Source: a virus. From it: a stretch of DNA of 64,000 nucleotides. A model generated the notes under the pieces. It saw nothing but the letters and a program-made list of their open reading frames with translations, ran no database searches and was not told where the DNA came from. This document shows, one piece after another, positions 1-7,480 of the stretch. Location: positions 1 to 64,000 of the IMG/VR virus record IMGVR_UViG_3300020469_003050. The stretch is one strand, 5' to 3'. Each line of letters opens with the position of its first letter. The stretch's first letter is position 1. A program made the translations under genes and the position numbers.

Positions 1-192
1 GCACAAGAAGAAGCTGAACGTACATTCGAAGCATTTATGTTGTGGACAAAACGTACATGTCTTGCATTTGGTTTATTTGGTGCAGTAGTTGTTGTAGGTT
101 GTAATAGTGGCGTTGAAACTGGACCTAATGCAACTGGTTCTAAATACAATGGCGAACAGTATAATCCAAGTAATATAAAGGTAGAAAAGTAA
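1..192 (+). CDS. 3' end of an ORF entering the window; possibly a 51-aa lipoprotein if it starts at ATG 37
   Basis: Frame 1 is open from base 1 to TAA 190-192. From Met at 37 it reads MLWTKRTCLAFGLFGAVVVVGC: basic N-terminus, hydrophobic core, lipobox-like VVGC. Stop overlaps the next start (TAATG). Confidence 0.4.
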   Translation, partial: AQEEAERTFEAFMLWTKRTCLAFGLFGAVVVVGCNSGVETGPNATGSKYNGEQYNPSNIKVEK

Positions 193-512
193 TGTTAAAA
201 TATGTATTTGTATTTCTACTAATATCAACATCTGCTAATGCTAAGAATTTTATTGTAGAAAAATGTTTTGCAGAATTTGAAAAGTATTCGGATGTTGCTT
301 ATTGTATAGATAGCACTAGAAATGAAAATATAAGAAAAGCAAATGTAGAACAATGGGAGTTTTTGAAGAAGAACCCTCGTTACCGTTTTCCAGGCCAAAG
401 TTTAAACAAGTGTTTTGGTCTTCCAAGAGAATCTAAAATTCATCGTGTAGAATCTACAAATGATAGAACGGTTCTGTATTATAAGAGTTCAATTAAGCCG
501 TGTATACGTTAA
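192..512 (+). CDS. small exported protein, unknown function
   Basis: ORF track 106 aa. N-terminal signal peptide MLKYVFVFLLISTSANA. Followed by a hairpin. Confidence 0.65.
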   Translation: MLKYVFVFLLISTSANAKNFIVEKCFAEFEKYSDVAYCIDSTRNENIRKANVEQWEFLKKNPRYRFPGQSLNKCFGLPRESKIHRVESTNDRTVLYYKSSIKPCIR

Positions 513-513
513 G

Positions 514-535
514 AGTCGGGGCGTAAACCCCGACT
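514..535. terminator. hairpin between convergent genes (possible bidirectional terminator)
   Basis: AGTCGGGG-cgtaaa-CCCCGACT, 8-bp GC-rich stem between the stops at 512 (+) and 541 (-). U-tracts are weak on both sides. Confidence 0.5.
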
Positions 536-540
536 AATAA

Positions 541-1050
541 TTAGTTTGCAAGTGGATTGTCTAACGCCCTTTGTAGACGTTTATTCAATCTAGTTTCAAG
601 TTCTTTAAGTTTTAAATCAGTACTAGTACGTAAGCTATCTGCTTTCTGTTCATAGTCTGTAAGTAACTGGTCACGTTTGTTTTCAAAACGTTGGTCAGCT
701 AAATCAATCTGTTCACGTACATTGTCTTCTACTTTGTTAACATCATCTTCTATTGAATCAACAATACGTTCTAATCTAACGATATCATCACGTAATCCGT
801 TTTTAATATCTTTAGAATAGTCTAGTGCTTCATCAAGTTTTGTGTTAACTACTTGTAGGTCTGCTTTAATTCCGCTTAGGTCAGGTGCCTGATAACTTAT
901 TATCTTGGCTTTCATATTTCTATAATCATTATAAAATTCAAAGCCTCCCCATGCGGCGCCACCTAGTGTACTCAGAATTGTTATAACTAAAAATAACTTT
1001 CCGCCAGTGAATTTAACTCCACCTACTTCTACTGTTGTTTTGTCACTCAT
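541..1050 (-). CDS. membrane-anchored coiled-coil protein, unknown function
   Basis: 169 aa. One N-terminal TM segment (LFLVITILSTLGGAAWGGF), then a long heptad-like charged helical region. Confidence 0.7.
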   Translation of the reverse strand: MSDKTTVEVGGVKFTGGKLFLVITILSTLGGAAWGGFEFYNDYRNMKAKIISYQAPDLSGIKADLQVVNTKLDEALDYSKDIKNGLRDDIVRLERIVDSIEDDVNKVEDNVREQIDLADQRFENKRDQLLTDYEQKADSLRTSTDLKLKELETRLNKRLQRALDNPLAN

Positions 1051-1059
1051 AAGTTGCTC

Positions 1060-1389
1060 CTATTTTAATTCAAACTGTATGCCAAATACGACACCAGCCC
1101 TCTCCTCATCTTCAACTGTTGGCATAACGAATAAGTTTTTATATCTTAATCTAGCCATTGGTACAACATCATAGTCGTATCCAGTAGCAATGCCAAGGTC
1201 TAATGACAGATCCTCATCAAGACTATATTTATATGCCCCAATAAGACTCCATCGGTCTAAACTATTATAATAAGTTCCTACAATAGTCTTTTCGGTTTCG
1301 CACATTGCATATGGGTGAAGATTATTGTATTTTCCTTCTAATCCCATATGTGCCGAAAGTGCCAAACCTAATACTATACAATTTAACAT
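1060..1389 (-). CDS. small beta-rich protein with hydrophobic N-terminus, unknown function
   Basis: 109 aa. Start overlaps the stop of the upstream 941-aa gene (shared base 1389). Alternating hydrophobic pattern with a C-terminal aromatic (FGIQFELK), reminiscent of small outer-membrane beta proteins. Confidence 0.6.
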   Translation of the reverse strand: MLNCIVLGLALSAHMGLEGKYNNLHPYAMCETEKTIVGTYYNSLDRWSLIGAYKYSLDEDLSLDLGIATGYDYDVVPMARLRYKNLFVMPTVEDEERAGVVFGIQFELK

Positions 1390-4214
1390 TATTCCATCCC
1401 CTCGTATTGCATATCAACCATTTTCTCATGCAATATCTCATTTGCGAGACCGTTTCTTAGGCCTCTTTGGTTTTCAGGTATCTTTTTATCTTTATAGATT
1501 TCTTCATATTGATAAAATTCTACACCTGGTATATAATACTCCCCATATGCTTTAAAACCTGGTACATAATTTATAAGTGCAGTTATTTGGGCTTGTAATG
1601 CCTGTTGTTGTTCTAATGAAACGGCTTTGCCCATAACATCTGCTAACTCTTTCAATTTGTTTTTGATGATTTCTTTCATCTTTTTTAATTTTGCTTTTCT
1701 TTTTTCTTCTTTAGTCATTTTCTTTTTTGTAGATTTATTTGAAGTAGTTTCTTCTTTATCGGAAGATTTTTCATCTTTCTTATCATCTTTCTTTTCTTCT
1801 TTCTTTTCTTTTTTATCTGACTTTTCTTCCTTTTCTTCTTCTTCTTTTTCTTCTACTTCTTCTTCTGACTCTTCCTCACTTTCTTCATTCTCAGATTCAT
1901 CAGTATTTTCCTCAGATTCATTTTCTTCGTCACTACCTTCATCCTCAGTTGATTCTTCTTCTGTATTTTCTTCTTCTGTGGATTCTTCTTCTGTACTTTC
2001 TTCTGTAGTTTCATTTTCTGTACTTTCATTTTCACTTTCTACTTCAATATCTTCTATTGACTCTGACTCACTTTCTTCTGTCTCTACTTCTACTTCCATT
2101 GTATCATCAGATGTATCTTGTGTTGGAATTTCTATATCGATTTCCATTTCTGCTTCAATTTCCATCTCTAGTTCCATCTCAATTTCTAATTCAAGTTGTT
2201 CTGTAACATCTGGAACAGGAACTTCTATTACTTCTGGTTCTACTGGTGTAATATCTGGTATTTCAACTTCTATTTCTGGTACTGTAATAATTTCTACTCC
2301 GGGTATATTACCAGGAATAGTAACTTCTGGTGCCTCAATAATATTATCAACAACTGAATCACCAGTACCTGTACCATCATCAATAATATCATCTATATCT
2401 GTTTCTACTACAGGTGCAACATAACCTGGACACATTTCATCATATTGTGGGTTTTGTTGACATTGTTGATTGAAGTATGCATCTTGATATCCTGTACATT
2501 GAAAGTTATAAAGTGGATCTAAATCACATTGCTGATTAAAATATGCATCAGCATATCCTGTACAACTTTCATCATACAATGGATTTTGCTCACATTGATA
2601 TGTTAAGAAAGCCGCCGCATATCCAGTACATGAACTATCATATAATGGATTAGATTCACATTGAAGTGTTAAATATGCCGCATCATAACCTGTACATTCT
2701 GAATCATATAAAGGATTGGCAGTACATGCCTGATTGAATATATATGTTGCATATGCTTCTGCATAACCTGTACACATTTGATTGAATAGTGTATTTGAAT
2801 CGCATTGTGTTGTCATGTATGAAGTTTTAAAAAATCTATAAGTCTTACCATTGTCTGGTTGAACAGTATTTCCACTTGCATTTTTTGTATATAAGAACAT
2901 ATGAGTTCCAGTTCCACTACCTTGAACCGAAACACTACTGATAGTTCCATAATCATCAGTACAATTCGTACCTGTACATTCCCATTTCCAGCCACCTGCG
3001 TTTATTTCTGCTTGGTTATAATATAATATCCAATAAAGTGTTGGGTCATTTGCTTTAGTTACTTCAACAAAGTCACTGCCTGCTCCTGCAACGTTTGTAC
3101 CATTGCTTGTTAATTCTGTAATTGCACTACTATAACCTGTACATGAACTATCGTAATGTGCATCTAAGCCACATTGTTGTGCTAAGTAGGCCGCGGCATA
3201 ACCCGTACACCCACTATCATAAAGAGGATTAGCAGTACATTGTTGAGTATAGATTGCTTCTGCATATCCCGGACAAGCCGCATCGTGTGTTGCATCTAAA
3301 CTACATTGTTGATTAAAATAAGCAGTAGCATAACCAGGACAACCTGAATCGTATAAAGCATCAGCGGCACAATTTTGGTCATATTGTTGGGCCGCATATG
3401 CAGTAGCATATCCTGGACAACTTGGATCATATAGTGCAGTATCATTACAAGGATTTGCTCTATAAGTAAACCAAGTTTTTATATCTTTTACGATAGGTCC
3501 GTAGTACCCGTCCCAATTACCTTTATCGTAACCATTAATTCTAAAACGAACATCACCTACTGAATTTGGTGTACGTATTGTTCCTACTTTATCTATGTGA
3601 TTGTAAATTTCTATATTGTCTTCGTGTATCTGCCAGACAGTTGTACCTTCTGCGACTTCATTAGTACTGTGGCTATTACTTGAATTCCATTGATACCATG
3701 TATCCATTGTCCAAGTTTTTGTTTCAACTACATTACCACTAGAATCTGTGACTTCTACAACTACAACTAATTCGTCCCAATATGTATCATCGGTGACTTC
3801 ACCTGTTGTAGTGTTTGCTCTATTGCTGATATTGGCACTACAAAAGTTACCAGGTGTATTGAAACAGTGAATATACTTCCATTGATAGTGAACTTTATCT
3901 ATGCTTACGCCTGTGCCTTGTAGTGCTTGATTGATTGCATAAGAAATAGCAAATGTATTTTGGCACTCTCCCCACCTTATAGTACTTCCAGATCCATAAA
4001 CATATGCGGCAGAAGTGCCTGCAGGACAATTACCAAATGGTTGGCCTATTGTACCATCATCTAAATCTAAGGTATTTGGACTAGTAGTTGTTGGGTTAGT
4101 TGGTGCAGTGGTATCTGATGCGAATACTGTGCTACAGAACGAAAGCCAGAACAGCAAGAATACCGCCGATAGTAAGCCCTTCGACCATTCCTTCTTTAGC
4201 AAGTTTTTTCTCAT
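1389..4214 (-). CDS. large exported protein: signal peptide, globular N-domain, two blocks of 22-aa Cys-pair repeats, P/E/I/V-rich spacer, poly-acidic then poly-Lys tract, C-terminal domain
   Basis: 941-aa ORF. N-terminus MRKNLLKKEWSKGLLSAVFLLFWLSFCSTVFA-SD is a signal peptide. About 11 repeats of C-x3-[ND]-P-L-Y-D-x2-C-[TP]-G-Y-x2-A-Y-x3-Q. Confidence 0.85.
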   Translation of the reverse strand: MRKNLLKKEWSKGLLSAVFLLFWLSFCSTVFASDTTAPTNPTTTSPNTLDLDDGTIGQPFGNCPAGTSAAYVYGSGSTIRWGECQNTFAISYAINQALQGTGVSIDKVHYQWKYIHCFNTPGNFCSANISNRANTTTGEVTDDTYWDELVVVVEVTDSSGNVVETKTWTMDTWYQWNSSNSHSTNEVAEGTTVWQIHEDNIEIYNHIDKVGTIRTPNSVGDVRFRINGYDKGNWDGYYGPIVKDIKTWFTYRANPCNDTALYDPSCPGYATAYAAQQYDQNCAADALYDSGCPGYATAYFNQQCSLDATHDAACPGYAEAIYTQQCTANPLYDSGCTGYAAAYLAQQCGLDAHYDSSCTGYSSAITELTSNGTNVAGAGSDFVEVTKANDPTLYWILYYNQAEINAGGWKWECTGTNCTDDYGTISSVSVQGSGTGTHMFLYTKNASGNTVQPDNGKTYRFFKTSYMTTQCDSNTLFNQMCTGYAEAYATYIFNQACTANPLYDSECTGYDAAYLTLQCESNPLYDSSCTGYAAAFLTYQCEQNPLYDESCTGYADAYFNQQCDLDPLYNFQCTGYQDAYFNQQCQQNPQYDEMCPGYVAPVVETDIDDIIDDGTGTGDSVVDNIIEAPEVTIPGNIPGVEIITVPEIEVEIPDITPVEPEVIEVPVPDVTEQLELEIEMELEMEIEAEMEIDIEIPTQDTSDDTMEVEVETEESESESIEDIEVESENESTENETTEESTEEESTEEENTEEESTEDEGSDEENESEENTDESENEESEEESEEEVEEKEEEEKEEKSDKKEKKEEKKDDKKDEKSSDKEETTSNKSTKKKMTKEEKRKAKLKKMKEIIKNKLKELADVMGKAVSLEQQQALQAQITALINYVPGFKAYGEYYIPGVEFYQYEEIYKDKKIPENQRGLRNGLANEILHEKMVDMQYEGME
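1710..2414 (-). repeat. low-complexity coding tract (P/E/I/V-rich, then E/S/T/D-rich, then K/E-rich) inside the 941-aa gene
   Basis: Translation reads EIEVEIPDITPVEPEVIEVP..., ESESESIEDIEVESENESTENETTEESTEEESTEE..., EEKEEEEKEEKSDKKEKKEEKKDDKKDEK. Confidence 0.8.
2421..2804 (-). repeat. Cys-pair repeat block 2 (about 6 units of about 22 aa) in the 941-aa gene
   Basis: QCDSNTLFNQMCTGYAEAY / ACTANPLYDSECTGYDAAY / QCESNPLYDSSCTGYAAAF / QCEQNPLYDESCTGYADAY / QCDLDPLYNFQCTGYQDAY / QCQQNPQYDEMCPGY. Confidence 0.85.
3129..3449 (-). repeat. Cys-pair repeat block 1 (about 5 units) in the 941-aa gene
   Basis: PCNDTALYDPSCPGYATAY / NCAADALYDSGCPGYATAY / QCSLDATHDAACPGYAEAI / QCTANPLYDSGCTGYAAAY / QCGLDAHYDSSCTGYSSA. 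Confidence 0.85.
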
Positions 4215-4722
4215 TATCTACATCAACCTTTTTAGGCATCTTTTGTGGATTCTTTTTCCACAATTCGTATGCTTCTTCGCCAATTTTACCATTGTACGGA
4301 CAGGGTGTCCCTGCCATAGCCATAGCATCAAAAACTCTTCGGTCTTGACACATTACTGATACCGCCGCAACCTTCATGCCCATATCGTATAGTGTTTTGG
4401 AAAGTTTAAGTCTTTCACAATTGGCATCCCTGTAGGTTTGACCTGTAGATACTCCTAAAATCTGCGTTTGTACTGCGCCACTAACACCAACAGTACATAA
4501 ATCAGAATTACTTCCACTAATAGAAGGCGATATAGCACTAGGTGGTGGGCTTTTTACAGTTGTATCAGTATCCGTATCAGACTTGACTGTACTATTACTA
4601 GTAGAATCTGTAACGATAGGATCTGCCGCAATCGCAGATGTAGTTAACATGATTCCCAAAAGTAACGCAATGAAAAAGGTCAAAGCGGTAGAGTGGGAAA
4701 GATATTTCCTTTTTAGGCTCAT
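4132..4722 (-). CDS. exported protein with C-terminal TM anchor, unknown function
   Basis: ORF track gives 4132..4752. I prefer Met-11 (ATG at 4722) because GAGGAG lies 6 nt upstream. It has a signal-like ALTFFIALLLGIMLTTSAIA-AD, a Cys-containing middle and a C-terminal TM (LTIGGILAVLAFVL). The last 83 nt overlap the start of the 941-aa gene. Confidence 0.65.
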   Translation of the reverse strand: MSLKRKYLSHSTALTFFIALLLGIMLTTSAIAADPIVTDSTSNSTVKSDTDTDTTVKSPPPSAISPSISGSNSDLCTVGVSGAVQTQILGVSTGQTYRDANCERLKLSKTLYDMGMKVAAVSVMCQDRRVFDAMAMAGTPCPYNGKIGEEAYELWKKNPQKMPKKVDVDNEKKLAKEGMVEGLTIGGILAVLAFVL

Positions 4723-4863
4723 AAGTGTCTCCTCTAAGCCTGACTGCATCATAGAATTTCTTCAAACCTTACAGTCAGTAACAAAACCATATATATAATT
4801 TTAAAAATAATTATACTCAATGTTAATATTTATCTAAATGGTTCAAAAATTTGACAATAGGTA

Positions 4864-4892
4864 TTGACTTTTTGGCTTAAATCGTTTATATT
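4864..4892 (+). promoter_or_regulatory. sigma70-type promoter upstream of tRNA-Trp and gene 5080
   Basis: TTGACT (4864-4869), 17-nt spacer, TATATT (4887-4892). Confidence 0.55.
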
Positions 4893-4956
4893 TGTATGAA
4901 GTAAATTTGACAGTGATTCTATTCAAAAAATTGACACCGTCAAAAAGTTGTTGCGA

Positions 4957-5034
4957 GGGGGTGCCGTGAAGTTGGAGTTTCACACTGGTCTCCAAAACCA
5001 GTATTAGTAGGTTCGAATCCTATCACCTCTGCCA
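4957..5034 (+). tRNA. trnW: tRNA-Trp (anticodon CCA)
   Basis: Acceptor GGGGGTG/CACCTCT (two G-U pairs). Anticodon arm CTGGT-CTCCAAA-ACCAG. T arm GTAGG-TTCGAAT-CCTAT. Discriminator G plus encoded CCA. The D arm is atypical (3-bp stem, long loop). Confidence 0.8.
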
Positions 5035-5079
5035 ACAAATACCCATTTTGTATAAATACGACTATAATGGGAGACTCAA

Positions 5080-5508
5080 ATGAATGACCTTAACTCACTA
5101 AGCATGGAATTATCTGATTTTCTTTTACCCTGGATTGGTGTCTTAATATCTTTGGTTGTTGCTATTTGGTTTAAAGATTTTGCTACAGGATTAGCAAAAG
5201 GCTTAAAATTCAAAATGGATCCAGCATTTAATGAAGGCGATGAGGTTCTACTTGATGGCGAACTAGCAATGATTGTAAAGATTGGTGCAAGACAGACAGT
5301 ATTTGGTGTATATTCTGAGAGAGGATATACGTGGAGATATGTTCCAAATGAAAGAATTCCAGTACTAAAACTAGAAAAAGTTATCAAAAAAGACTTACAC
5401 GTTGACACTGATGAGGAAAAAGCACAAAAGATGAAGTCACTTATCGATAAAGTACAAGATGATAAGATAGCCGCTAATTCGCAAGAAATACAAAAATTGA
5501 AGAAATAA
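5080..5508 (+). CDS. small membrane protein; possible mini MscS-like (one TM plus beta-domain)
   Basis: 142 aa. TM WIGVLISLVVAIWF, then FATGLAKGL..FNEGDEVLLDGELAMIVKIGARQTVF....RYVPNERI. This resembles the MscS pore-helix/beta-domain signature (..F..GD.i...g..G.V..I....T......iPN). Call by motif only. Confidence 0.45.
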   Translation: MNDLNSLSMELSDFLLPWIGVLISLVVAIWFKDFATGLAKGLKFKMDPAFNEGDEVLLDGELAMIVKIGARQTVFGVYSERGYTWRYVPNERIPVLKLEKVIKKDLHVDTDEEKAQKMKSLIDKVQDDKIAANSQEIQKLKK

Positions 5509-5511
5509 CAC

Positions 5512-5540
5512 TTGACACCGAGTTTGTTTAATGTTATTAT
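5512..5540 (+). promoter_or_regulatory. sigma70-type promoter with extended -10
   Basis: TTGACA (5512-5517), 17 nt, TATTAT (5535-5540) preceded by TGt. AGGAG RBS and ATG 5568 lie downstream. Confidence 0.65.
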
Positions 5541-5567
5541 TATCTATATAACTCATAGGAGAAACTT

Positions 5568-5780
5568 ATGGATTTAGGTATAAACCCAGGATACATTGCC
5601 GTTTTTTTCGGTTTAGTGTTATTTTATATGGGATATTTAAAAGGTAAAGACGTAGGACGAGAGCAAGGTGCTGGAGGTATGATTGATATGCTTCATCATA
5701 ACGGATATCTCAAAGTAAAAGGTCATACGATTGACGAAAAAGGAAAACCACAAATAGAATTTGCAAAAATAGACGAATAG
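5568..5780 (+). CDS. small membrane protein, unknown
   Basis: 70 aa. RBS AGGAGA 7 nt upstream. One TM (YIAVFFGLVLFYMGYL). Confidence 0.6.
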   Translation: MDLGINPGYIAVFFGLVLFYMGYLKGKDVGREQGAGGMIDMLHHNGYLKVKGHTIDEKGKPQIEFAKIDE

Positions 5781-5788
5781 GAAACAAC

Positions 5789-5986
5789 ATGTCTTTTGAA
5801 ATTATTTACACACCGAGAGTTGAAAATGAAGTAGTAGTTGCTAGATTCGAAACATTAGAAGAGGCAAATGCACATTTAGAAACAATTAGAGAAACAAGAC
5901 CTAATGCATATCGACATCACAGAATTGAAGAAGTCAGAGAGCAAGAGTGGTTAGGTCAAGACAGTGGAATAGAAAATTTCGTATGA
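5789..5986 (+). CDS. hypothetical protein
   Basis: 65-aa ORF, tightly packed. Stop overlaps the next start (ATGA). Confidence 0.55.
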   Translation: MSFEIIYTPRVENEVVVARFETLEEANAHLETIRETRPNAYRHHRIEEVREQEWLGQDSGIENFV

Positions 5987-6402
5987 GTGAAAACAAAGAG
6001 TCTGAGAACTTAGATGCTCTCTTTGAGAGAATGGATAAGTTCTCAAAACAATTCGATTATATCAAACCTTTCGGAAAAGATATCAAAATATATTATTTCA
6101 AACACAGAGAACGTTTGAAAATGACAGTACGTGTTACTGATAACTTTGCTATGACATATTATTGGGATAAAGCAGAGTTTGATGATATGATTGAAAACTG
6201 GCAAAATGAATGGGTTGGAAAAGCAAAGGGTGTTGAAATGTTCATTGGTCCTAAGAATAGAGAAGGACAAAGATTCGTAAGAATATCAGCCGCAGGTAGG
6301 GCATGTCATGAACATAGAGTTCCATTTCGTGCAATGATTCAACTAAAGAAAGAATATTATCATCAACTTAATAATCCAATGCCATGGGACAAAGAGGAAT
6401 AG
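5983..6402 (+). CDS. hypothetical protein
   Basis: ORF track gives 5947..6402. I prefer ATG 5983 (MSENKESENL), which forms an ATGA overlap with the upstream stop. Confidence 0.65.
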   Translation: MSENKESENLDALFERMDKFSKQFDYIKPFGKDIKIYYFKHRERLKMTVRVTDNFAMTYYWDKAEFDDMIENWQNEWVGKAKGVEMFIGPKNREGQRFVRISAAGRACHEHRVPFRAMIQLKKEYYHQLNNPMPWDKEE

Positions 6403-6591
6403 GTGTTGACAAAGTTTACAAAAGGACTTAAAATAAATGAAGTTTTAAAAGAAGCGAAATTCCAAAAGGATATCGTATGGCAACCGCCTTTGACAGAAGA
6501 TGAAACTTTAAATGGTAAAGCAAAAGATTTTATAAAAGAAAACGGAGTTGAACTTGAAAGAATTATGGGTAGAAAAATACAGACCAAGTAG
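6403..6591 (+). CDS. doubtful small ORF (GTG start)
   Basis: 62-aa ORF with a GTG start directly after the upstream stop. It contains a good promoter (6406-6434) and overlaps the clamp-loader start, so the region may be promoter plus 5' UTR rather than coding. Confidence 0.25.
   Translation: MLTKFTKGLKINEVLKEAKFQKDIVWQPPLTEDETLNGKAKDFIKENGVELERIMGRKIQTK
6406..6434 (+). promoter_or_regulatory. sigma70-type promoter upstream of the clamp-loader gene
   Basis: TTGACA (6406-6411), 17 nt, TAAAAT (6429-6434). Confidence 0.5.
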
Positions 6592-7480
6592 TATAGGTCA
6601 GTATGTTTTTAGGGACGATAAACAGAAACATCAAGTACAAAGTTGGGTAGAAAGTGGTGCTATACCACATCTATTATTTTCGGGTTCAGCAGGAACAGGT
6701 AAAACTACATTAGCAAAAGTTCTTCTAAAAGAATTACAAGTTGATGATGGTGATGTAATGTTCATCAATGCATCAAGTGAAAATAACGTAGACACAATGC
6801 GTACAAAGATTAATGGATTTGCTAGTTCACTTCCTTTTTCAGGTGATTTTAAATATGTCTTACTAGATGAGGCAGATTATCTATCTCAAAATGCACAAGC
6901 AATTCTACGTAATATGATGGAGACGTATTCTTCAACATGTAGATTTATTCTAACATGTAATTATCCAAACAAAGTTATTCCAGCAATTCATTCACGTTGT
7001 CAAGGTTATCATATTGAAAAACTAGATACGAATGAGTTCACAGCCCGTGTTGCTGAAATTCTTATTACAGAAAACATTCAACCAGATTTAGAAATACTTG
7101 ACGTTTATGTTAGGTCAGCATATCCTGATTTACGTAAATGTATCAATATGGTTCAACAAAATATTGTTGATGGTGCTTTGCAACAACCTGGTCAAGGTGA
7201 AAGTGGTGAGAGTGATTGGATACTTGAATATGTGGCATTGTTTCAGTTAGGTAAAGTAGCAGAGGCACGTAAATTGATTGTATCAAAAGCACGTGCAGAA
7301 GAATATGAAGGAGTGTATCGTAAACTATATGAGAATTTAGATTGGTTTGGCGATGATGAAATGAAAAGAGGTAAAGCATTGATGTGTATACGTGATGGTT
7401 TAGTAAATCATTCACTAGTTGCTGATCCTGAGATTAATCTAAGTGCGACATTATTAGAGTTACAATACATAGCAAAGTAA
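6548..7480 (+). CDS. sliding-clamp loader AAA+ ATPase (T4 gp44 / RFC small-subunit-like)
   Basis: RFC boxes are present: WVEKYRP, Walker A GSAGTGKTT, Walker B LLDEAD, sensor-1 LTCN, and SRC motif HSRC. No in-frame ATG exists. Candidate starts are TTG 6548 or TTG 6554; the latter lies 6 nt after GGAG. Confidence 0.9.
   Translation: MNLKELWVEKYRPSSIGQYVFRDDKQKHQVQSWVESGAIPHLLFSGSAGTGKTTLAKVLLKELQVDDGDVMFINASSENNVDTMRTKINGFASSLPFSGDFKYVLLDEADYLSQNAQAILRNMMETYSSTCRFILTCNYPNKVIPAIHSRCQGYHIEKLDTNEFTARVAEILITENIQPDLEILDVYVRSAYPDLRKCINMVQQNIVDGALQQPGQGESGESDWILEYVALFQLGKVAEARKLIVSKARAEEYEGVYRKLYENLDWFGDDEMKRGKALMCIRDGLVNHSLVADPEINLSATLLELQYIAK

Noticed and set aside
1627-2424. 265-aa Ser/Phe-rich ORF on the + strand (also the 60-aa ORF at 1853..2035)
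   Set aside because: It is the antisense or alternative-frame reading of the E/S/T/D/K low-complexity tract of the 941-aa minus-strand gene. It is pure low-complexity sequence with no RBS. The minus-strand frame is continuous with recognisable domains.
4015-4359. 114-aa and 82-aa + strand ORFs across the 4.1-4.3 kb region
   Set aside because: They are antisense to the overlapping minus-strand genes, which have a signal peptide and a TM anchor. They have no promoter or RBS and would be isolated + strand ORFs within a minus operon.
5051-5058. T4-type late promoter motif TATAAATA (also at 47164-47171; GATAAATA at about 12226, 29571, 36773, 49739 and on the minus strand near 38880)
   Set aside because: Several copies sit 20-35 nt upstream of starts, which is suggestive. 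However, the motif is a simple AT-rich 7-8-mer expected many times by chance in this genome. It is absent upstream of the clearest late genes (17594, 17978, 22453, 24714). Not enough evidence to call.
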